IMG/VR virus record: IMGVR_UViG_3300044988_000363 | Direction: 5' to 3' (one strand) | DNA: 64,000 nt | Source: a virus | In this document: piece by piece, positions 48,907 to 59,818 of the stretch | How the letters are laid out: every line of letters starts with the position of its first letter | Numbering within the stretch: position 1 is the first letter of the stretch | Program-made: the position numbers and the translations under genes | The notes under the pieces: generated by a model | What the model saw: only the letters and a program-made list of their open reading frames with translations | Told to the model about the DNA's origin: nothing | Databases searched by the model: none

Positions 48907-51042
48907 ATGAAAAAGTTTACTACATTTGAAACTCAGCTAGGCGAGTCTGTCGTACTCACTGACAAGGCCAAATTATCTCTTTATAAAAAATCCTCAAATT
49001 CAGGCATCTCCACGGATATACTAGAAGAAGTGTATCGTAGAGGTTATTCAATCTGGAACGAAGCCTTTGGCGGAACTCCGGATTCATTTGCATTTGACCG
49101 AGTAAATTCATTTATCGCTGATGGTTTTGCTGCCCAGCTTGATGAAGACCTAAAGAAAGCATGCTGGAAGGGCTATGAAGCCATTGGCATGAAGAAGAAA
49201 AATGGTAAGACCGTTCCTAATTGCGTTCCAGTTAAGGAAGAAGAATTAAACAAGCCAGTCATGACTCCTGCCCAACTTGCTGATAAGCACGGGGTTTCAG
49301 TTGAGTCAATTGACAAGGCTCTTAAAGCAGGCATTAAGGTTGAGAAAGAACACACAACCCATTCAGCTGATGCCAAAAGAATTGCTTTAGCCCACCTCGG
49401 CGAAAAGCCAGATTATTATAAGAAATTAGATAAAGCTGGACTGGAAGAAAATGCTGAGAAGCATTCCAAAAATCCAGACGATCCGGCTTCAAGATTTATA
49501 GGGAGCAATGAATTGGTAGACATTTATAAGAAAGAAACTCCTGGTCAGCTTATCAAGCGTGTTGTAAGAGAATGCCTTGAAGAAGGCGATGTTATTCATA
49601 CTAAGTTTGCTGTGAAAAATTTACAGAAGCGTGGCATCGAAGGTCCGCATAAAGCTGGCGCTCAAGATTTGATGCGTAACTGGGCTAAACATCCATTTGA
49701 TTGGGAAGCCGATGATAAAGTTTCTTATCATGGAACAACTGCACGTATTCATAAAGATGGAAAGCACATAGACGTAGACGCTGGTGCACATGGAATAGAT
49801 CCTGATATTAAAACAAAAATAATTAGAAAACAGGCTGCAAAGAAAACTGGCAACGTTGTAAAGATTAAAGAAGCTGCAATGCAGGCAACAACTGCTCCTG
49901 CTCCAACTGCTGCTGATATGGGTCCTAAAAGACTCAGTAGATATCAGACAACTCAGCAGACAAGCACTATTGGTAATCAGGGTTTTAATCGTTCTGGTCC
50001 AATGGGAACTCATATCAATCCTTCGTCGCCAACTACACCAAGAGGCGTGAGATCAATGACCTCTGGTTCAACTCAGGCAACAGCAAAAACATTAACACCA
50101 CAGCGTGTTTCTGCCAATCAACCAGCACCAAAGACAGCTTCTGCTCCAGCATCTGCTCCAAAGCCATCAGCCAGTTTCGGTTCTTCTTCAAGACCAACTA
50201 CTGTTAGTGCAACATCTGGTGGGATGGAAAAGAGTGGCGGATATAAACTATCATCAGGAATGAGCGATGCTGTTAAGGCTAAAGTAAAGCCAGCTGCACC
50301 AGTTCAGATTCCTGCAGGCGCTGGCAAAGCAGTAAACGTTCTAAGTAAAGTAGCTAAGTTTGCTGGACCAGTTGGTGCAGCTATTGGATTGGTTGCTGAC
50401 GCCAAGCCATTGAACAAGGGCGAAGATGAATTTGCTCGACAGAAGTCACTAGGAATTACTAAGCCAAACGTAACTCCTGGTATGGGAAGCACAAAGAACA
50501 TTGAGCCTGTTAAGGGCGGAGCAATTACAACTAAGGCTCCTGACTATTACAAGGGTAAGGTTGGCGATTACACTGTAAAAGCTGGTGATACTCTTTCTGG
50601 TATTGCTTCAAGAACAGGTCAATCAGTTTCAGATCTAGCAAGCAAGAATAAGTTTGATAGCGAAAACAAGATTGCCGCTGGATCTAAGCTATTTACTGGT
50701 AGCGTTCCAACACCACCATCAAGACCAGAAACTGAATCAGGTTCAACTAAAAAGAAAATTAAAGAAGCGATTTCAGAAGCCACATATAAGGGAAAGAAAG
50801 TTCCTTTGAATAAGCCAATGGCTGGCGATGTTAAGAAATCAAAAGTTTTCGTTGATCCTGATGGCGATGGTAAGGCGCAGAAGGTAAACTTCGGTGACAA
50901 AAGCATGTCTATCAAAAAAGATCAGCCTGCTCGTAAGAAATCATATTGCGCAAGATCTTCAGGTCAGGGTAATCTAACAGATAAAACCAGTGCTAATTAT
51001 TGGTCAAGAAGAGCCTGGAATTGCGAAGAGACTGAGGAATAA
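48907..51042 (+). CDS. Modular late protein with a LysM domain
   Basis: YTVKAGDTLSGIA..G.SV..LA..N LysM; CWKGYE..VPNCVP, GIKVEKEH..DYY and KVNFG..YCARS modules. Confidence 0.75.
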   Translation: MKKFTTFETQLGESVVLTDKAKLSLYKKSSNSGISTDILEEVYRRGYSIWNEAFGGTPDSFAFDRVNSFIADGFAAQLDEDLKKACWKGYEAIGMKKKNGKTVPNCVPVKEEELNKPVMTPAQLADKHGVSVESIDKALKAGIKVEKEHTTHSADAKRIALAHLGEKPDYYKKLDKAGLEENAEKHSKNPDDPASRFIGSNELVDIYKKETPGQLIKRVVRECLEEGDVIHTKFAVKNLQKRGIEGPHKAGAQDLMRNWAKHPFDWEADDKVSYHGTTARIHKDGKHIDVDAGAHGIDPDIKTKIIRKQAAKKTGNVVKIKEAAMQATTAPAPTAADMGPKRLSRYQTTQQTSTIGNQGFNRSGPMGTHINPSSPTTPRGVRSMTSGSTQATAKTLTPQRVSANQPAPKTASAPASAPKPSASFGSSSRPTTVSATSGGMEKSGGYKLSSGMSDAVKAKVKPAAPVQIPAGAGKAVNVLSKVAKFAGPVGAAIGLVADAKPLNKGEDEFARQKSLGITKPNVTPGMGSTKNIEPVKGGAITTKAPDYYKGKVGDYTVKAGDTLSGIASRTGQSVSDLASKNKFDSENKIAAGSKLFTGSVPTPPSRPETESGSTKKKIKEAISEATYKGKKVPLNKPMAGDVKKSKVFVDPDGDGKAQKVNFGDKSMSIKKDQPARKKSYCARSSGQGNLTDKTSANYWSRRAWNCEETEE

Positions 51043-51044
51043 TC

Positions 51045-51491
51045 ATGATTGGTAAGATCGAACCATACGACGCATTGAAGGTTGCATTAGCAGACACTTA
51101 CGTATTCAGCGTAAAGGTTCAGGGTTATCATTGGAATGTAACAGGTCCACATTTCTCTGAATACCATAAGTTCTTTGGCGAATTGTATTCAGAAGTAAAT
51201 GACGCTGTTGATGTCATTGCCGAATCTATTAGAACATTTGATGCATTTTCTCCTGGTTCTATGAAAAGATTTTTAGAACTAACAACTATTGAAGAAGCAA
51301 CTAATATTCCTGATGGTCTAGTTATGATCAGCAAGCTTGCTTCTGATAACGAAAGAGTTATTGCTTCTCTTACTTCTGCATACGAATTATGTGAAAAGCA
51401 TAAACATTACGCTGTATCAAATATGTTACAGGATCGTCTAACTGCTCATCAGAAGCATGGTTGGATGCTAAGATCGTTTATAAAGGCATAA
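51045..51491 (+). CDS. dps: Dps-family ferritin-like protein
   Basis: HWNVTGPHFSEYHKFFGELY...D.IAE.IR...HQKHGWML. Confidence 0.92.
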   Translation: MIGKIEPYDALKVALADTYVFSVKVQGYHWNVTGPHFSEYHKFFGELYSEVNDAVDVIAESIRTFDAFSPGSMKRFLELTTIEEATNIPDGLVMISKLASDNERVIASLTSAYELCEKHKHYAVSNMLQDRLTAHQKHGWMLRSFIKA

Positions 51492-51494
51492 CAA

Positions 51495-53244
51495 ATGAGA
51501 AGTTTAGAACACATCATCAGAGATATAAGAGAGGGCAAGGCTTCTAAGGGCAAAAAGAGTAGCCTAGAACACTCTATTCGTAAAGTTGTATCAAAAGAAT
51601 ACGAATCTTCATTCGGCGCTAAAGATAGCAAGCCAGTTGATGAAGATGTCGGTGGATTGGCTGGCAGCGGCACTGGTGGTGAACCTAAACTTCATACAGA
51701 AGACGGAAAGAAAAAGAAAACTGATGAAGCAGTTGGTGCTATTGGTACAGACAAGTTTCAAGGTAATGAATTTAAATCAATAAGAACTACAACACCTCAT
51801 ATTAAGCCACCAGCTGGCGAAGGAAGTCATTCACAGGCTCCCGAAAACGCTTCAAGACAAAGATCTATTGCTAAAGAAAGAGCAGGCATTAATAGAGTTA
51901 GCGAATCAAAACTTGATTTCGCTGATCCAATAGCAAAAAACGCTGCAGAATTGCTACTTAAAGTAGCTCCAGAAGCTAAACTTCCTGCTATTTTCAGACC
52001 AAAAGGAATGCCAGCTAAACCAAAAGCTGGAGTTCCGGAAGTTATACCACCAAAGAAAGCTGAAGTTCCAGCTAAGGTTGAACCCAAGACTGTTGTTGAA
52101 CCTAAGACTGAAGTCCCAGCAAAAGTTGATACTAAAACTGAACCAAAATTAGCAGCACCTGAAAAGGTAGACACTAAAACTGAACCAAAATTGGTTTCGC
52201 CAGAAAAGGTAGATACTAAACTTGCTGCACCTGGTAAAGAAGATGTTAAACTTGCTGACCCTGATGTTAAAACATCGCCAAAACTTGCAGCTGTTGAACC
52301 AGCCGTAAAGGCAGCTATTCCAGGAATAGCAAAAACTGCTGGAAAATTGGCACCATTTATTCCTCCATTTATCGGAGGCATGGGTTCAATGCCAACAAAA
52401 GACGCTTTTGATTTCAGATCAAAAAAAGTGCCAGTAGCTTCTCACATTCATCACGCAAAAAGACATATGAAAGAAGAAGTTGCTTCTGAATTGAGAAAGA
52501 AGATTCAGAACATGCCAAGAAAAGATGCTGGAGATCGTAAGTCAATTGAATATGTTGGTCGTATGGATTCTGATCCTAAGTCTGCTAAAGAAAAGACTTC
52601 AAGATTGGCAATAATCAAAAATGTAATTGATGAAGCCAAAAAAGAAAAGGCAATGAAGCCAAGAGTTGAAACTGAAAGCGGTATGGGTAAAGAAAAAAAG
52701 TTTATTTATCCAAATGATACTGAAGTTGTTATTGGTCCAAACCCAAAGAACAATTTTCTAGATGTAGAAACAAGGAAAATGCCAAATGACAACCAATAAA
52801 GATTTCAAAGATTTCATCAATGATATGAAAAATTCACGTCAAGAAAATCTTGATGAAGGTGTTTGGGACGTTGTTAAGGGTGCTGCTAAAACTGTTGGTA
52901 GATTTTTAGGGCCAGCTGCAACAGCAATTCAAGGCTATGACGCTTATCAAAAATATCAAAAAGGAGATTATCCAGGCGCTGCATTGTCAGCAGCTGGAGC
53001 AGTTCTTCCTGGGCCATTGGGTTGGGCGGCTACTGGTGCTAGTATTGCTCGCGATCAACAAAAAGACGATGAACCAGAGACGCCAAAGGCTCCAGAAACA
53101 CCAAAACCAGCAGAGCCTGAAACACCAAAAGCTCCAGAACCAACTTCTGAACCTTTGAATTATAGAAAGGTTAAAACCACTATTGAAAAAGAAAGTGGTG
53201 GTAAAAAGATTAAATCTTTTAAACAATTTCATAAAAATAAATAG
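51495..53244 (+). CDS. Two K/P/E-rich late proteins (51495-52799, 52786-53244) with internal peptide repeats
   Basis: KVDTKTEPKL repeats; PETPKA repeats. Confidence 0.65.
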
Positions 53245-53268
53245 TTGAAATAATTCAGAGGATCTAAA

Positions 53269-55653
53269 ATGTCTGACAAAAAAACAATTCAAGAAGCTCT
53301 TGCTGAAGTTCAAAGAAATGCAGAACTTATGGAAGCGCCAAACGTTTTTAAGCTATTTGGTCGTGGTGCAGCAAAAGTTCCAAAATCAGCACCAATACGC
53401 CCTATGCCGCATGGCGGAGAAGATCTGGTTGGTAAAGCAAAACAGGCTCCAAAGGAACCACCAACAATTGATCTTAAGGCAGAAAAGCCAAAAACAACAA
53501 CACCTAATGTCCCTGAAGCTCCAAAATCAACTATCAAAGATTTTGGTAAAGCTGTTGCTGGAGCTGGACTTGCAGCTGGTGCAGGTTATGCTGGTTATAA
53601 TGCATTCACTAAAGGAGCAGTCAATCCTCCTACTGAAAAGTTTACAAAGGACGAGCCGAAAGCAGAAAAGCCAAAGGCAGCTGAAACACCAAAAGCTCCA
53701 GAAGCTGCAAAACCACAAACTTTTGGTCAGGCGTTTGCTGCTGCTCGTAAGGCTGCTGAAGCAAAAGGCGCAAAGACATCTGGTCAGTTTGAATTCCAAG
53801 GTAAGAAATATCAGACAAACCTTCAAGGAACAGGAACTACTAAAAAGCCACAAGAAAAATATGTTTCTATGAGCAAACAGACAAAGGTTGACGTAAGTGC
53901 GCCAAAGGCAGCAGCAACTCCTACAGTCACAAAAACACCTGAAACTCCAAAGCCAGCTGAAACATCAAAGGCTCCAGAAGCATCACAAACTTCCCCAGCA
54001 CCAAAGGCTCCAGAAGCTCTAGGTAAAACTATTGGTTCTTTGATGAGAGGAAATGTCTCTAGAGCAGGAGAAGGTGCTAAGGAATGGGTTTCAGCTGTTT
54101 CAACAAGCAGTAGCAGAGCTTGGAACAAAACAGCAGACGCCTTCGATCCAAAGGGCGCAGAATCAGAAAGCGGATATTCTAAAAAAGGAAAAACTAAAAT
54201 GTCAGAAGAAAACGAAATTAATGAAGCAATGCCTTTACCACCACGTCGTCCAGGGCAAACTGGTAGCTCTATGATCCAGAGAGGAGATACTTTATCTTCT
54301 CTTAGTAAGAGATCTGGACTTTCTGTTGCTGATATTATGAAACAAAACCCAAATATCAAAGATCCTAACAAAATTAGTGCTGGCGCTTCAATTAACTTAC
54401 AGAAGCCAGAGCAAAAAACTGTTTGGAAAGATCCAGTTTCTGCTGGTTATGATAAACCAGCACAAACAACTACTACAAGCCCAAATACAACTAAGTCTTG
54501 GGATTCTGATATTCCAAAAATTGATAAAGGGCCAACTACTTCTGCAGCGCCCACACCAACACCTGCTCCATCCACATCAAGTAGTTCATCAATGCTTTCT
54601 GGAACTCCAGTAGCACAACAGAGAACACTAGAAAAAGAAAGTGGTGGTAAGAAAAAAGTGGCAGAAGAAAATAGCCCACTAATTGCAGCATTCCTAGACC
54701 TACAGGCTAAGAACCCAGCAAACATGTTCGAAGCTGCTAAGAAGGCTAAGAAAGACTATGACCGTGACGGCAAGGTAGAGTCACCAAAGGACGAAGTTTG
54801 GGGTTCACGTTTCCGTGCTGCTAAGGCAGCTGGTAAGATGGCGGAAGGCGTAAAGGCTGATCCAAACGATCCTTCATATCAGGGTGGTGGTGATGTAACA
54901 TCTACACCTGAAAAGAAAACTTCTATGCCAAAGCCAACTGCTCCTAAGACTGATTCATCAGTTCAGGGTTCAGGCGATGTCACTATGAATGGCAAGCCAA
55001 CAAGAGTTAAGGAAGAAGTTACTTTCTCACAGGCAGAAATCGACCATATTAACTCTTTTTTTCTTGAAGCCTCTGTAGCACCAAATAGACCTGAAGTCGC
55101 TATAGGGGCAGATTCTACTTCAGATAAGATGTCACAGAACGATGTTACTGCGACAGCTGAAAGTGGTAAGAAAATCAGAAAAGAAGAAGTTGAAGTTGAT
55201 GAAGGATACGGAAACACTCCTTCTGTTCGTTCATTTGGTCATGATCCGCTTTCAGGCGGTCGTGGTCGTCCAAGAACAGATGTTGCCACTAAAGGCGAAA
55301 GAAAGGGTATGGTAAAAAAGTCCACTCAGGATTCAATGAAGCGTAGAATTGCTGACCGTCTTGGTTCGCATGCTAAGGCAAATCTACCAGAAGAAACTCT
55401 TGAAGAAGGTCGCCCAAAGAAGAACCCAACACCTGAAACAACTGAGCGTGATCCACGCAAGCATATTCAGGTAGAGGCAGGGCGTGCTGCTGCTGGTAAC
55501 GTTGTTGACTTTACTCACAATGATGGTTCGAGATCAAAGATTACACCAGCAATGGGTAGAAAAATTGTTTCTCATCTTCAGGGTCTAAAGCCAGCTGACC
55601 GTCAGTCTGCTGTTAATAAGATGCATGATAGTGCTGAAGGACTAAAAGTTTAA
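53269..55653 (+). CDS. Large low-complexity late protein with a LysM domain
   Basis: IQRGDTLSSLSKRSGLSVADIMKQNPNIKDPNKISAG LysM; KKDYDRDGKVES motif. Confidence 0.75.
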   Translation: MSDKKTIQEALAEVQRNAELMEAPNVFKLFGRGAAKVPKSAPIRPMPHGGEDLVGKAKQAPKEPPTIDLKAEKPKTTTPNVPEAPKSTIKDFGKAVAGAGLAAGAGYAGYNAFTKGAVNPPTEKFTKDEPKAEKPKAAETPKAPEAAKPQTFGQAFAAARKAAEAKGAKTSGQFEFQGKKYQTNLQGTGTTKKPQEKYVSMSKQTKVDVSAPKAAATPTVTKTPETPKPAETSKAPEASQTSPAPKAPEALGKTIGSLMRGNVSRAGEGAKEWVSAVSTSSSRAWNKTADAFDPKGAESESGYSKKGKTKMSEENEINEAMPLPPRRPGQTGSSMIQRGDTLSSLSKRSGLSVADIMKQNPNIKDPNKISAGASINLQKPEQKTVWKDPVSAGYDKPAQTTTTSPNTTKSWDSDIPKIDKGPTTSAAPTPTPAPSTSSSSSMLSGTPVAQQRTLEKESGGKKKVAEENSPLIAAFLDLQAKNPANMFEAAKKAKKDYDRDGKVESPKDEVWGSRFRAAKAAGKMAEGVKADPNDPSYQGGGDVTSTPEKKTSMPKPTAPKTDSSVQGSGDVTMNGKPTRVKEEVTFSQAEIDHINSFFLEASVAPNRPEVAIGADSTSDKMSQNDVTATAESGKKIRKEEVEVDEGYGNTPSVRSFGHDPLSGGRGRPRTDVATKGERKGMVKKSTQDSMKRRIADRLGSHAKANLPEETLEEGRPKKNPTPETTERDPRKHIQVEAGRAAAGNVVDFTHNDGSRSKITPAMGRKIVSHLQGLKPADRQSAVNKMHDSAEGLKV

Positions 55654-55924
55654 TGCCTATCTTTGCTAAGAATATTATTGTTGGGGCAGAAAAAAAGGAA
55701 GAACCAAAAGTTCTTCCTGCCTCCAGCACCAATTCCTTTGACAATTTACGTTCAAAAATAGTTAGAACTATTCCTTTTCAAGAAAAGGTTGAAGAAAAAA
55801 CACATTATGAAATTGTCAAAGAAGGCGATTTAATTAAACACCACAATACCAAATCTCACTATCTTAATGATATGACAGGATTTGGGAATTAATAAATAAA
55901 ATAAATTCTTTAGGAGGAATACAA

Positions 55925-56828
55925 ATGCCATTATGGGGTAATCAAGACACTGCTTCTAATTCAACTATCTTTGCGCCAACAAGCGTAAAGCTAGCACCAA
56001 ACAGTGCAAACAGAGACAATCTTTTCGGTAACACAACAGCTAACGCTTTTATTGATGGCGTAACAGTTGGTCAATTTGGTGTTGATGGTAACGAAGTTGC
56101 TGCCAATCCAGGAATCACCCACACTGGTTGGGTTCTTCGCACTGCAGGTTCAGGAGGACGTGCTGGTCGTGTTATGACAGAAGTTCTAGTAGCTGGTGGT
56201 ATTACTACTGATGCTTCGGACGACGTATCAATGCCTGATTACGTTATTCTTGTTAACACACAGCCTGTTAATACAACAATTAATGCAACTTCAAACGTAA
56301 ATAACACTGGTGTTATCTTTACTGTTGCTGCAACAAGACCAGCTGGCGGAACAATTTCTTATCGTTGGCAAGCTAATACAGGTTCTGGCTTCGTTAACGC
56401 TGCTGCAGGAACAACTGGCAATACAACAGCCAATCTTACTGTCCATGCTAATAGCTTCACAACTGGCGCACAGTTCCGTGTTCTTCTTCAGGCAACTGGA
56501 GCAGCAAACGTCACTTCAAGCGTTGCTACACTAACTGTTAATACTTAATAGGTGATATATGACAGATAACAGCAAAAAAGTTTCGCAATTACCAACTGCT
56601 GCTAATGTAGCTTCTTCAGATAGAGTCTTAGTCCTCCGAGATCCTTCTGGAGCTCCATCTGTTCGCACAGTAAATGCAAACATTTTTGCTGCTAATCTAG
56701 TAACAGGAACTGTTCCGGCAACTGCTAATACAACAGGTATTGCCGGAACTATTCGTTATAACGATTCTTATATCTATGTGTGCGTTGCTAATAACACATG
56801 GAAAAGAGCAGCACTTAGCACCTGGTAA
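55925..56828 (+). CDS. Two probable structural proteins (55925-56548 with Ig-like C-terminus; 56559-56828)
   Basis: TQP...FTV.A......SYRWQ...FRV..TSSVATLTV; YIYVCVANNTWKR. Confidence 0.6.
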
Positions 56829-57217
56829 TGAATGAAAATTTGACTGATAAAAATTTTTTATTATATTGCGCTTCACATTATGATAACGCAAGATATGTTT
56901 CTACTGAAGATTTTTTAGAAGATCTTAATAGATTAAAATATATTAAAAAATTAATTACAAGATATACTGAATATGGTGAGTTGAAAGAACGTTTGATACT
57001 TAACCATATTATTATTTTAAATAATTGTTTTGGACCTGAGGTTCTTTGTAAAATTTTATATTTAAAAATGAAACCTCAGATGAAATACATCAAACCTTTT
57101 TTGATAATGCTTAACATATTACCAGATTATATTTACAATGTAAATAATGAAAAAACAATTGACACAAATTTAATTGAAATGGATGCAAAAATTGTCGCAA
57201 AACTAAGGGAAGTTTAA
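56828..57217 (+). CDS. Conserved T4-like hypothetical protein
   Basis: F.EDLNR.KYIKKL..RY...GELKERLILNHIIIL.N.FG. Confidence 0.7.
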   Translation: MNENLTDKNFLLYCASHYDNARYVSTEDFLEDLNRLKYIKKLITRYTEYGELKERLILNHIIILNNCFGPEVLCKILYLKMKPQMKYIKPFLIMLNILPDYIYNVNNEKTIDTNLIEMDAKIVAKLREV

Positions 57218-57783
57218 TGCAAAGTATAATAAAACAATTAGAAAACTTTGTAAAGTTTGCGGCAAAAGAAATAAACCTTACAAAACTACCAAAGATTCAT
57301 TTCGTAGGTAAGTCACAAAATTCAAAAGCAGCCTTCGGTCATTCTAATGGCAACGAAATATATGTTCGTATAACAGAGCGCCATCCTGGCGACATTATGC
57401 GCACTATTGCCCACGAGCTTATTCATATTAAGCAAACACAGATGGGTAAAAAAGGTGAACAATACAGAGAAGACGAAGCTAACGCTATAGCAGGAAGAGT
57501 AATGAGAAAATTTAATACAACCTACCCTAGCGTATTTAATCAAAAACCAACTTCATCAAACATCGCAGAGACTGAATCTCTTATGCCAGCCAACGTAATG
57601 GGATCCGGTGGTCCAGGTGCTGGTATTCAAACCTATAGTCCATTGATTGATATGGACAGAGGCAATAAAAAATTCAACCCTATGTCAGCTCTATACAAAA
57701 AGAAAAAGCTAAGAGACATTGTTGGTCTTAAAGCTGCGTTCAAGAGAGAACGTAGAGCAGAAACAAGGAAAGATCAGAACTAA
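57217..57783 (+). CDS. HExxH metallopeptidase-like protein
   Basis: DIMRTIAHELIHIKQ...EDEANA.AG. Confidence 0.65.
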   Translation: MQSIIKQLENFVKFAAKEINLTKLPKIHFVGKSQNSKAAFGHSNGNEIYVRITERHPGDIMRTIAHELIHIKQTQMGKKGEQYREDEANAIAGRVMRKFNTTYPSVFNQKPTSSNIAETESLMPANVMGSGGPGAGIQTYSPLIDMDRGNKKFNPMSALYKKKKLRDIVGLKAAFKRERRAETRKDQN

Positions 57784-58169
57784 TGGACGAGAAGACTTGC
57801 AACAATCTAGAATTGAAACAAAATAAACTAGAAGATGCTATCTCTAAATTAACTGATATATCTGCTGATCTTAATAAAATGATCGCAGTTCATGAACTAC
57901 GTTTGACTCAACAAGAGAAAATTACTGATAGCTTAGAAATTATTTTAGAAAAAAGAAGAGATGAATTTGATACTCGTGAAGAGAAAATTTATGAAACAAT
58001 TGAAAAAGAAGACGCTAAAATTAGCGAAAAGCTAGATGAATGTTTTGATAAATTTTCTAAAAAGATGAATGATCTAGAAAAAATGATGTGGGTGTATGGC
58101 GGCGGATTTGCCCTTGCTGCTTTTATTTTGGCCAATTGGGGCGATGTTATGAAATTGATGGCTCGTTAA
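57783..58169 (+). CDS. Coiled-coil protein with a C-terminal TM segment
   Basis: Heptad-rich sequence, MIAVHE.RL, hydrophobic C-end. Confidence 0.55.
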   Translation: MDEKTCNNLELKQNKLEDAISKLTDISADLNKMIAVHELRLTQQEKITDSLEIILEKRRDEFDTREEKIYETIEKEDAKISEKLDECFDKFSKKMNDLEKMMWVYGGGFALAAFILANWGDVMKLMAR

Positions 58170-58234
58170 AAAACAGTTTGCCTTTTTTGAAAATGCCAGT
58201 ATAATCATATATGAGGTCATTATGAGGATAGATT

Positions 58235-59257
58235 ATGGATTGGCTGGCTCACAAGTATATCGGTATTATTTCTACTCGTTTAGAAAAGTTTAAACGTAAG
58301 GGTCCAAACCTTTACAACTTCCGCTGTCCTGTATGCGGGGATTCCGAAAGTCATCAGAATAAAGCACGAGGATACATCTACCAGAAGGATGGCAAGATGT
58401 TGTTCCATTGTCACAACTGTAATGCTACAATGGGAATTCCCAACTTTATTAAGATGCTTGATGTCAACTTATATAATGAGTATCAGTTAGAAAAGCTGGC
58501 TGATAAGAAAACGCCTGAGCAAGATGATTACGAAAAGTTCGTAGAGAAAATGCGGAAGCCAGTTTATATGACTTCCGGACCATTGAAAGGATTGAAGAAA
58601 GTATCTCAGCTTTCGCCATTTGATCCAATCAAAAAGTTTGTTGTGGAGAGAAAGATACCTAATGTATATCACGCCAAGTTATTTGCATGTCCTAATTTTA
58701 AGCATTTTACTAATAATTTGGTTCCCAACAAGTTTTCAGCTGAGTCTCTGGCTAAAGATGAGACAAGACTTCTTATCCCTTTTCTTGATAGTAATAAGAC
58801 TGTTCATGCCTTCCAAGGGAGAACGTTGGGATCTTCAACAGTTAAATATATTACAATTGTTCTTAATCAATCAATACCTAAACTTTATGGCTTGGACACT
58901 GTTGATCGTAACAGAATTATTCCTGTCCTTGAAGGTCCGATTGACAGTATGTTTGTTCCTAATAGCATTGCTACTGCTGGAGGTGATCTCGTTAGTGCAG
59001 TAACAGATTTCGATAAATCTAGGTTGACAATTGTGTATGATAATGAGAAATATTCTAAAGAGACCGTTAAGAAAATGGAAAAGGCTATTCTTAATGGTTA
59101 CTCTGTGTGTATTTGGCCCGATAATTTAGATCAAAAAGATATTAACGATATGGTTTTATCTGGTATGAGTTCTGAATTTATTGAACATATTATCAAAACT
59201 AACACCTATCGTGATTTACCGGCACAATTAAGGTTGAATCAGTGGAAGAGAGTTTAG
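58235..59257 (+). CDS. gp61: T4 gp61-like DNA primase
   Basis: [10 protein letters not shown]...FHCHNC zinc finger; [25 protein letters not shown] motifs. Confidence 0.95.
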   Translation: MDWLAHKYIGIISTRLEKFKRKGPNLYNFRCPVCGDSESHQNKARGYIYQKDGKMLFHCHNCNATMGIPNFIKMLDVNLYNEYQLEKLADKKTPEQDDYEKFVEKMRKPVYMTSGPLKGLKKVSQLSPFDPIKKFVVERKIPNVYHAKLFACPNFKHFTNNLVPNKFSAESLAKDETRLLIPFLDSNKTVHAFQGRTLGSSTVKYITIVLNQSIPKLYGLDTVDRNRIIPVLEGPIDSMFVPNSIATAGGDLVSAVTDFDKSRLTIVYDNEKYSKETVKKMEKAILNGYSVCIWPDNLDQKDINDMVLSGMSSEFIEHIIKTNTYRDLPAQLRLNQWKRV

Positions 59258-59720
59258 ATTTCTTTGATGCTGAGATTTTTGCTTTATGTTCTTCGGACAT
59301 AGGACCACGAGGGCCAGTTTTTACGCCTTTGTTCCAAGCAGGTCTTCCTTTCATTCGAAGCGAGTGAGCAGGATTTTTGCCTCTTCTAGAAGCGTATTTT
59401 TTAATACGATCTTCTATGCTATACGGACCATATGGACCCACAGGACCGGATCTGACAGGCGGCATATCTCCTCCTTCAGTTTTATTATGGAGAACACCAT
59501 TGTTTAAATCTTTTCTGCCATACCATCTGATATATCTGCGTTCTAATGCTAAGGCGCCAATTTCTGTTAAATTGCTCTCTAAGAATACAATTTTGGATTT
59601 GTCTTTTGGAACAGAAACACCATGTTGTTTGGAGAAAGCTCTTTTATCTTTTCCCTTACCAATGTAATATGGAGTATTATCTGATGATCTTAGGTAGGCG
59701 TATACGTAATAAATATTCAT
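59199..59720 (-). CDS. GIY-YIG family homing endonuclease, paralogue of 2455-2928
   Basis: [24 protein letters not shown]...[19 protein letters not shown]; different C-terminal tail. Confidence 0.85.
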   Translation of the reverse strand: MNIYYVYAYLRSSDNTPYYIGKGKDKRAFSKQHGVSVPKDKSKIVFLESNLTEIGALALERRYIRWYGRKDLNNGVLHNKTEGGDMPPVRSGPVGPYGPYSIEDRIKKYASRRGKNPAHSLRMKGRPAWNKGVKTGPRGPMSEEHKAKISASKKSKLSSTDSTLIVPVNHDRC

Positions 59721-59787
59721 GCTGTCGCTCCTCTTTAGCGGTAGAGTAGGTAGAGACTGCAATCTCGTGACCTACGCTTTATTTATA
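59709..59787 (-). promoter_or_regulatory. Conserved two-hairpin leader, copy 4
   Basis: TATAAATA..GTAGGT-cac-GAGA-ttgcag-TCTC-t-ACCTAC-TCTA-c-CGCT-aaagagg-AGCG-a-CAGC-ATGAATATTTAT. Confidence 0.8.
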
Positions 59788-59818
59788 AAACTTGACTTTT
59801 AACAATGGAGAATATATA

